DNA of 32,000 nt, from NCBI RefSeq assembly GCF_018389705.1, contig NZ_CP065581.1, positions 240,001 to 272,000 of the forward strand, read 5' to 3'. How positions within the stretch are numbered: position 1 is the stretch's first letter; every line of letters starts with the position of its first letter. A program made the position numbers and the translations under genes. Source of the DNA: Mycoplasma mycoides subsp. capri (GTDB lineage: Bacteria > Bacillota_I > Bacilli_A > Mycoplasmatales > Mycoplasmataceae). Below, one piece after another: positions 25,769 to 32,000 of the stretch. The notes below the pieces were generated by a model. The model searched no databases. It saw nothing but the letters and a program-made list of their open reading frames with translations, and was not told the origin of the DNA.

Positions 25769-25786
25769 GTAAGTTTTAAAACTTAC
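25769..25786 (-). terminator. Perfect palindrome, candidate minus-strand terminator
   Basis: GTAAGTTTTAAAACTTAC; on the minus strand it is followed by TTTTTTTATTTTTA. Confidence 0.55.
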
Positions 25787-25889
25787 ATTGTTATATATTT
25801 AATTAAATTATTATGACTTATTTTGATCCATAATTCACTTTCTTTTCCATTTTTATTAAACACAAATATACGTTTAATCCAATAAATTA

Positions 25890-26069
<180 letters not shown>

Positions 26070-26160
26070 CTAGTAGCTTTCTAATATATCAACTAATAAA
26101 AGTATTATTTTTTTAAATGATAAAATAATTTTAGAAACTTAGATTTATGAGACTAAAAGT

Positions 26161-26424
26161 ATGAATGAATTTAATTTAGCAAAAGATAAAACAATGATCT
26201 CTAAGATATTTAAAAAAATTCCTTGATTTTATCATTTAATATTTTTTTTGATTGGCTTAGTAGTTGGATTATTATTTCAATTTTTACGAGTAAAACTTTT
26301 TGCTTTTCCTTATTTTTTTATATTCTTTTTTGCTATTTTAATTACTTATTGTGTTTTATTTATAATAATCAGTCCAATGATTAAACAAAATTGATTCATT
26401 AAAAGAATTAAAAATGAAAAATAA
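26161..26424 (+). CDS. Small two-TM membrane protein
   Basis: MNEFNLAKDKTMISKIFKKIPWFYHLIFFLIGLVVGLLFQFLRVKLFAFPYFFIFFFAILITYCVLFIIISPMIKQNWFIKRIKNEK; 87 aa with two TGA=Trp, absent from the ORF track. Confidence 0.65.
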
Positions 26425-27385
26425 AAAAATATCAATTAGTACAATAGCAAAAGAATGTAATGTTGGTGTTGGAACAGTTTCACGTTATTTTAATAATGGT
26501 TATGTTAGTGATCAAAAAAAAGAACTAATTAAAAGAGTAGTTGAAAAATATAATTTTTCACCTAATTTTGCTGCTCATTCAATTAAAAGAAAAATTCAAG
26601 AAGTTTATTTTTTAATTCCAGATTTAACTAAAAGTAATACTTTTGTCATTAAAAAAATTTTAAAATACCTACAATTAGAATTTTCTGAAACAATGGTATT
26701 TGTAATTCAAACTACTTATAATCAAGAAACTTATTTAAAATACTTAAAAAAAGTAGTAGCAAGAAAACCGGCTGCTTTAGTTTTATTTGCTATTAGTGAT
26801 GATTTAAAAATTAAAGATTATTTAAAAAAAATTACTATTCCTTTTATTAGTTATGGAAAAGATTGAGGAAAGTTTTATTTTATTAATAATGATCAAGAAA
26901 TGATGATCTCATTACTAGAAACTATGAATAATCAAAATGAATTTGATCATCAAAAACAAATTTTATATATTGGTGAAAAACCTGAAACTAATAAGTCAAC
27001 TGGATATGATCGTTTTTATGGTTTAAATAATTGATTTAAAAATAAAAATATTAAATTTGATTATTTATTTTTTGAACATAATAGTGAAACTAGTATTTAT
27101 AATTTAATAAAAGAATTAAATCTAAATAACAAAATCATTATTTGTGGAACTCATACTTGTCATAAAATTTTATTAAAATATATAGTTAATCAAAAGTTTA
27201 AAAACATTACTTTAACTGATATTTATCAAAAAAATAGTTTGTTATTACCGATTTTTGAAAAACAATACTGTATAGCTATTGATTATCAAAATCTAGTACA
27301 AAGAATAAATGAAAGTATTAATAAAATTTTAAATAACAAACCTATAGATGAACAAAATGAAAAATACTTGAATTATGAAATTAAA
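26414..27385 (+). CDS. LacI/GalR-family transcriptional regulator
   Basis: N-terminal HTH ISISTIAKECNVGVGTVSRYFNNGYVSDQKKELIKRVVEKYNFSPNFAAHSIKRK; periplasmic-binding-like effector domain; TGA=Trp. Confidence 0.9.
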
Positions 27386-27423
27386 GTTTTAGATAGATAA
27401 AATTTTAGTTTCATTTTTTATTA

Positions 27424-27450
27424 TATAATTATAGTGTGGAAACAATTCCA
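27424..27450 (+). promoter_or_regulatory. Predicted -10 and LacI-type operator upstream of the PTS gene
   Basis: TATAAT at 27424-27429 followed by TGGAA-ACAA-TTCCA at 27437-27450. Confidence 0.55.
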
Positions 27451-27465
27451 TATTATGAGGTCTTT

Positions 27466-29013
27466 ATGGCAAAAAAATCATATACAGAAGAAGTTAAAGA
27501 ACTAGTTAGTTTACTTGGTGGAGCTGACAACATTGTTTCATATACTCACTGTATATCTCGTCTTAGATTAGTTTTAAAAGATAATTCTAAGGCAGATACT
27601 AAAGCAATTGAAACTTTAGATAATGTTAAAGGAGTAGTTAAACCTGTTGGTGCTTATCATGTTGTGATTGGTGTTGATGTAACAAATTATTACAAAGAAT
27701 TTAAAAATTATTTAACTAATCAACAACCACAAACAAGTGATTCAAACTCTCAAACTACAACTGTAAAACAAAAATCAAATCAAAAATTTTATCAACGTTT
27801 ATTACGTCATTTTTCAGAAATATTTATTCCTTTAATTCCAGCACTAGTAGCTGGTGGGTTAATTTTAGGATTTAGAAACATTTTAGAAACTGATTGAACT
27901 GGTGAAGGTAAATCATTAGTTGCTTTATCAGCATTCGCAAAAGGCTTAAATGAATTTTTATGAATTCCTGCTCAAGCAGTCTTTTGATATTTACCTGTAG
28001 CAATTTGCTGGTCAATATTTAAAAAAATGGATGGTTCTCCAGTATTAGGAATTATTATTGGACTTACTTTATTATTACCACCATTAGAAAATATTTATGC
28101 TATTTCAGCATTAGCAAAAGATAGTATTTGAATATTTAAAGATGCTCCTGCTTTTGATTTTGGTGCATTTAAATTCCCTTGAAAACTTCAATATACTGCT
28201 CAAGTAATCCCAGCAATTGGTGTAGCATTTTTTGGAGTTTATTTAGAAAAAGGATTAAATAAAATTATTCCTGCTATTTTAAAACAAATCTTTGTTCCAT
28301 TATTAGTTATTGTATTATCATATACTGTTGGATTAGCAATTATTGGTCCTATTGGATTTGTAATTGGTTCTGCAATTTCAGTTGCTTCAAGTTGAGCATT
28401 AACTCATCCGATTGCAAAATATTTCTTTGCTCCAGTATTTGGATTATTATATGCTCCAACTGTTGTTACTGGATTACATACAATGTATAATGCTGTAATG
28501 ATTCAAAACACAGCAACAATTGGTGGTTCATTTATTTTTCCAATTTTATGTATGTCAAATATTGCACAAGGTAGTGCGTCATTAATGTTTACTATTTTAA
28601 ATAGAAAACATCAAAAAGTAAAAGATGCTGGAGCTTCTGCTACTGTTTCAGCTTATCTAGCAGTAACTGAACCAGCAATGTATGGAATTAATTTACGTTT
28701 CTTATATCCATTTATAGCAGCAATTATTGGATCTGCAACAGGTGCTTTATTATTAATAATTTCAGGAGTAACTTCAAATGGTATTGGAGTTGGTGCTTGA
28801 TTAGGAGTTTTATCAATTCAAGCTACTTCAAAAGTTAAAGGAGTTAAAACTTGAATTGGGTCTGGATATACTTGATTTATGATAAGTGCAATATTAACAA
28901 CTATCGTTACTATGATATTAACTTGATTTTTAGGAACTCTACCTAACTTTGTTAAACTACGTAATGATTTATTAGATGTTAAAACCGATCCCATCATTAA
29001 AATTAAAAAATAA
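27466..29013 (+). CDS. PTS transporter subunit EIIBC, glucose/sucrose/trehalose family (trehalose-like)
   Basis: EIIB: LVSLLGGADNIVSYTHCISRLRLVLKD, GVVKPVGAYHVVIG; EIIC: SEIFIPLIPALVAGGLILGFRNILE, YAPTVVTGLHTMYNAV, VSAYLAVTEPAMYGINLR. Confidence 0.85.
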
Positions 29014-29020
29014 TATTTAA

Positions 29021-30649
<1,629 letters not shown>

Positions 30650-30706
30650 TTAAAACATATTTTAATATGTAAAATTTGTAAAATTCATATAAATTTTATT
30701 AAATAG

Positions 30707-30712
30707 TATAAT
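30707..30712 (+). promoter_or_regulatory. Candidate -10 element for dhaK
   Basis: TATAAT 44 nt upstream of the dhaK ATG; a -35 element is weak. Confidence 0.45.
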
Positions 30713-30755
30713 TTAAGTAAGTCTAATAAACAAAACTCAAAAATGAAAGGTAGAT

Positions 30756-31754
30756 ATGAAAAAGTTAATAAATAGTCCTGAAACATTAGTTAATGAAATG
30801 TTAGAAGGTTTAGTTAAAGCTTATCCAAATAAATTAAAAAGAGTTGAAGGTTTTGATGTAATTATTAGAAATGATGATATTAAAAAAGATAAAGTAGCTT
30901 TAGTTAGTGGTGGAGGTTCTGGTCATGAACCAGCACATGCTGGTTATGTTGGATATGGAATGTTAGATGCAGCTGTTGCTGGAGCTGTATTTACTTCACC
31001 AACTCCAGATCAAGTTTATCAAGCAATTAAAAGTAGTAATGCTAATAAAGGAGTATTATTAATTATTAAAAACTATACTGGAGATATTTTAAATTTTGAA
31101 ATGGCTCAAGATATGGCAAGTATGGAAGGAATTGAAGTTGATAGTGTAGTTGTTAATGATGATGTAGCTGTTGAAGATAGTTTATATACTGCTGGAAGAA
31201 GAGGAGTAGCTGGTACTATTTTTGTTCATAAAATAGCTGGTGCTAAAGCTGAAATGGGAGCTAGTTTACAAGAAGTAAAAAATACAGCTTTAAAAGTTAT
31301 TAAAAACGTTAGAAATATGGGAATGGCAATTTCTCCATGTATTGTTCCAGCTGCTGGTAAATCTAATTTCTCATTAAATGAAGATGAAATGGAAATTGGA
31401 ATTGGAATTCATGGTGAACCTGGAGTTTATAGAGATAAATTAAAACCAGTAGATCAAATTGTAGATACTTTAACTGATAAAATTTTAAATGATATACAAA
31501 TTAATAAAGATGAACAAGTAGCAGTTATGATTAATGGAATGGGTGCTACTCCTGAAATGGAATTATTAGTAATTAATAATCATTTAAATGATATTCTAAC
31601 TAATAAAGGTATTAAGATTTATAAAACTTTTGTTGGTAACTTTATGACTTCAATTGAAATGGGTGGATTTTCAATTTCAATTCTAAAACTAGATAATGAA
31701 TTAAAAGAATTATTAGATCATAAAGCAGATACACCAGGTTTAAAAGTTTTTTAA
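30756..31754 (+). CDS. dhaK: Dihydroxyacetone kinase subunit DhaK
   Basis: VALVSGGGSGHEPAHAGYVGYGMLDAAVAGAVFTSPTPDQV, NYTGDILNFEMA, GIGIHGEPGVYR (substrate-binding His). Confidence 0.93.
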   Translation: MKKLINSPETLVNEMLEGLVKAYPNKLKRVEGFDVIIRNDDIKKDKVALVSGGGSGHEPAHAGYVGYGMLDAAVAGAVFTSPTPDQVYQAIKSSNANKGVLLIIKNYTGDILNFEMAQDMASMEGIEVDSVVVNDDVAVEDSLYTAGRRGVAGTIFVHKIAGAKAEMGASLQEVKNTALKVIKNVRNMGMAISPCIVPAAGKSNFSLNEDEMEIGIGIHGEPGVYRDKLKPVDQIVDTLTDKILNDIQINKDEQVAVMINGMGATPEMELLVINNHLNDILTNKGIKIYKTFVGNFMTSIEMGGFSISILKLDNELKELLDHKADTPGLKVF

Positions 31755-31769
31755 TAAATAAATAATATT

Positions 31770-31802
31770 AAAATTACATCAATTTTGATGTAATTTTTTT
31801 TG
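31770..31802 (+). terminator. Rho-independent terminator of dhaK
   Basis: AAAATTACATCA-ATTT-TGATGTAATTTT plus T-run. Confidence 0.9.
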
Positions 31803-31880
31803 CTTTTTAACTACTTTAATACTTAAAAAAATAATAAAAATAACTATTAAAATTTATCAATAAATTAATTAAAAAAATAT

Positions 31881-31908
31881 TTGACACTATTCTAGTATTT
31901 CTTATTAA
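31881..31908 (+). promoter_or_regulatory. Promoter for a gene beginning beyond the window
   Basis: TTGACA - 16 nt - TATTAA; an AGGAGG Shine-Dalgarno sits at the last bases of the window. Confidence 0.5.
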
Positions 31909-32000
31909 AAAAGTATAGAATATTAATTGCATGTATATTTTGTGTGCTTTTTTACAACACACCCATAGGAGTTGTTGATTAAATTAGTAAATTTAGGAGG

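Noticed and set aside
27436-27465. Upstream start for the PTS gene (METIPYYEVF...)
   Set aside because: That region is the predicted promoter/operator; ATG at 27466 follows a GAGG RBS and begins a typical EIIB domain.

Overview
This 32 kb window comes from a Mollicute, most likely the Mycoplasma mycoides/capricolum cluster. It is extremely AT-rich, and UGA must be read as Trp: almost every long gene is broken at TGA in the supplied ORF track but continues in the same frame. Contents in order: (1) two tandem paralogous lipoprotein-type genes with an intact M23/LytM-like metallopeptidase signature; the upstream copy is cut by the window edge and may be 5'-damaged; (2) an MsrA-MsrB fusion; (3) a BspA/DUF285-repeat lipoprotein; (4) a GT2-like glycosyltransferase and an RDD membrane protein; (5) PcrA/UvrD helicase, HPr, a CPBP membrane protease, an RluA-type pseudouridine synthase and a flippase-like multispan protein; (6) ligA-gatC-gatA-gatB; (7) a KtrA-like gene divergent from a KtrB-like gene; (8) folD and a membrane protein with an Asn/Gln-rich tail; (9) a second DUF285 lipoprotein; (10) a four-gene tRNA operon (Asn-Glu-Val-Thr); (11) a short antisense fossil resembling tsaD with a possible retained terminator; (12) a small membrane ORF, a LacI-type regulator, a PTS EIIBC and a GH13 hydrolase, probably a trehalose-type locus; (13) dhaK and a promoter/leader for a gene just past the right edge. 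Most of this is ordinary mycoplasma core genome and I see no clear new defense or mobile system. The best leads are the M23-like surface proteins in a wall-less organism, the paired DUF285 lipoproteins with a shared uncharacterised N-terminal domain, the tsaD-like fossil beside the tRNA cluster, the predicted LacI-family operator, and the leader at the right edge.
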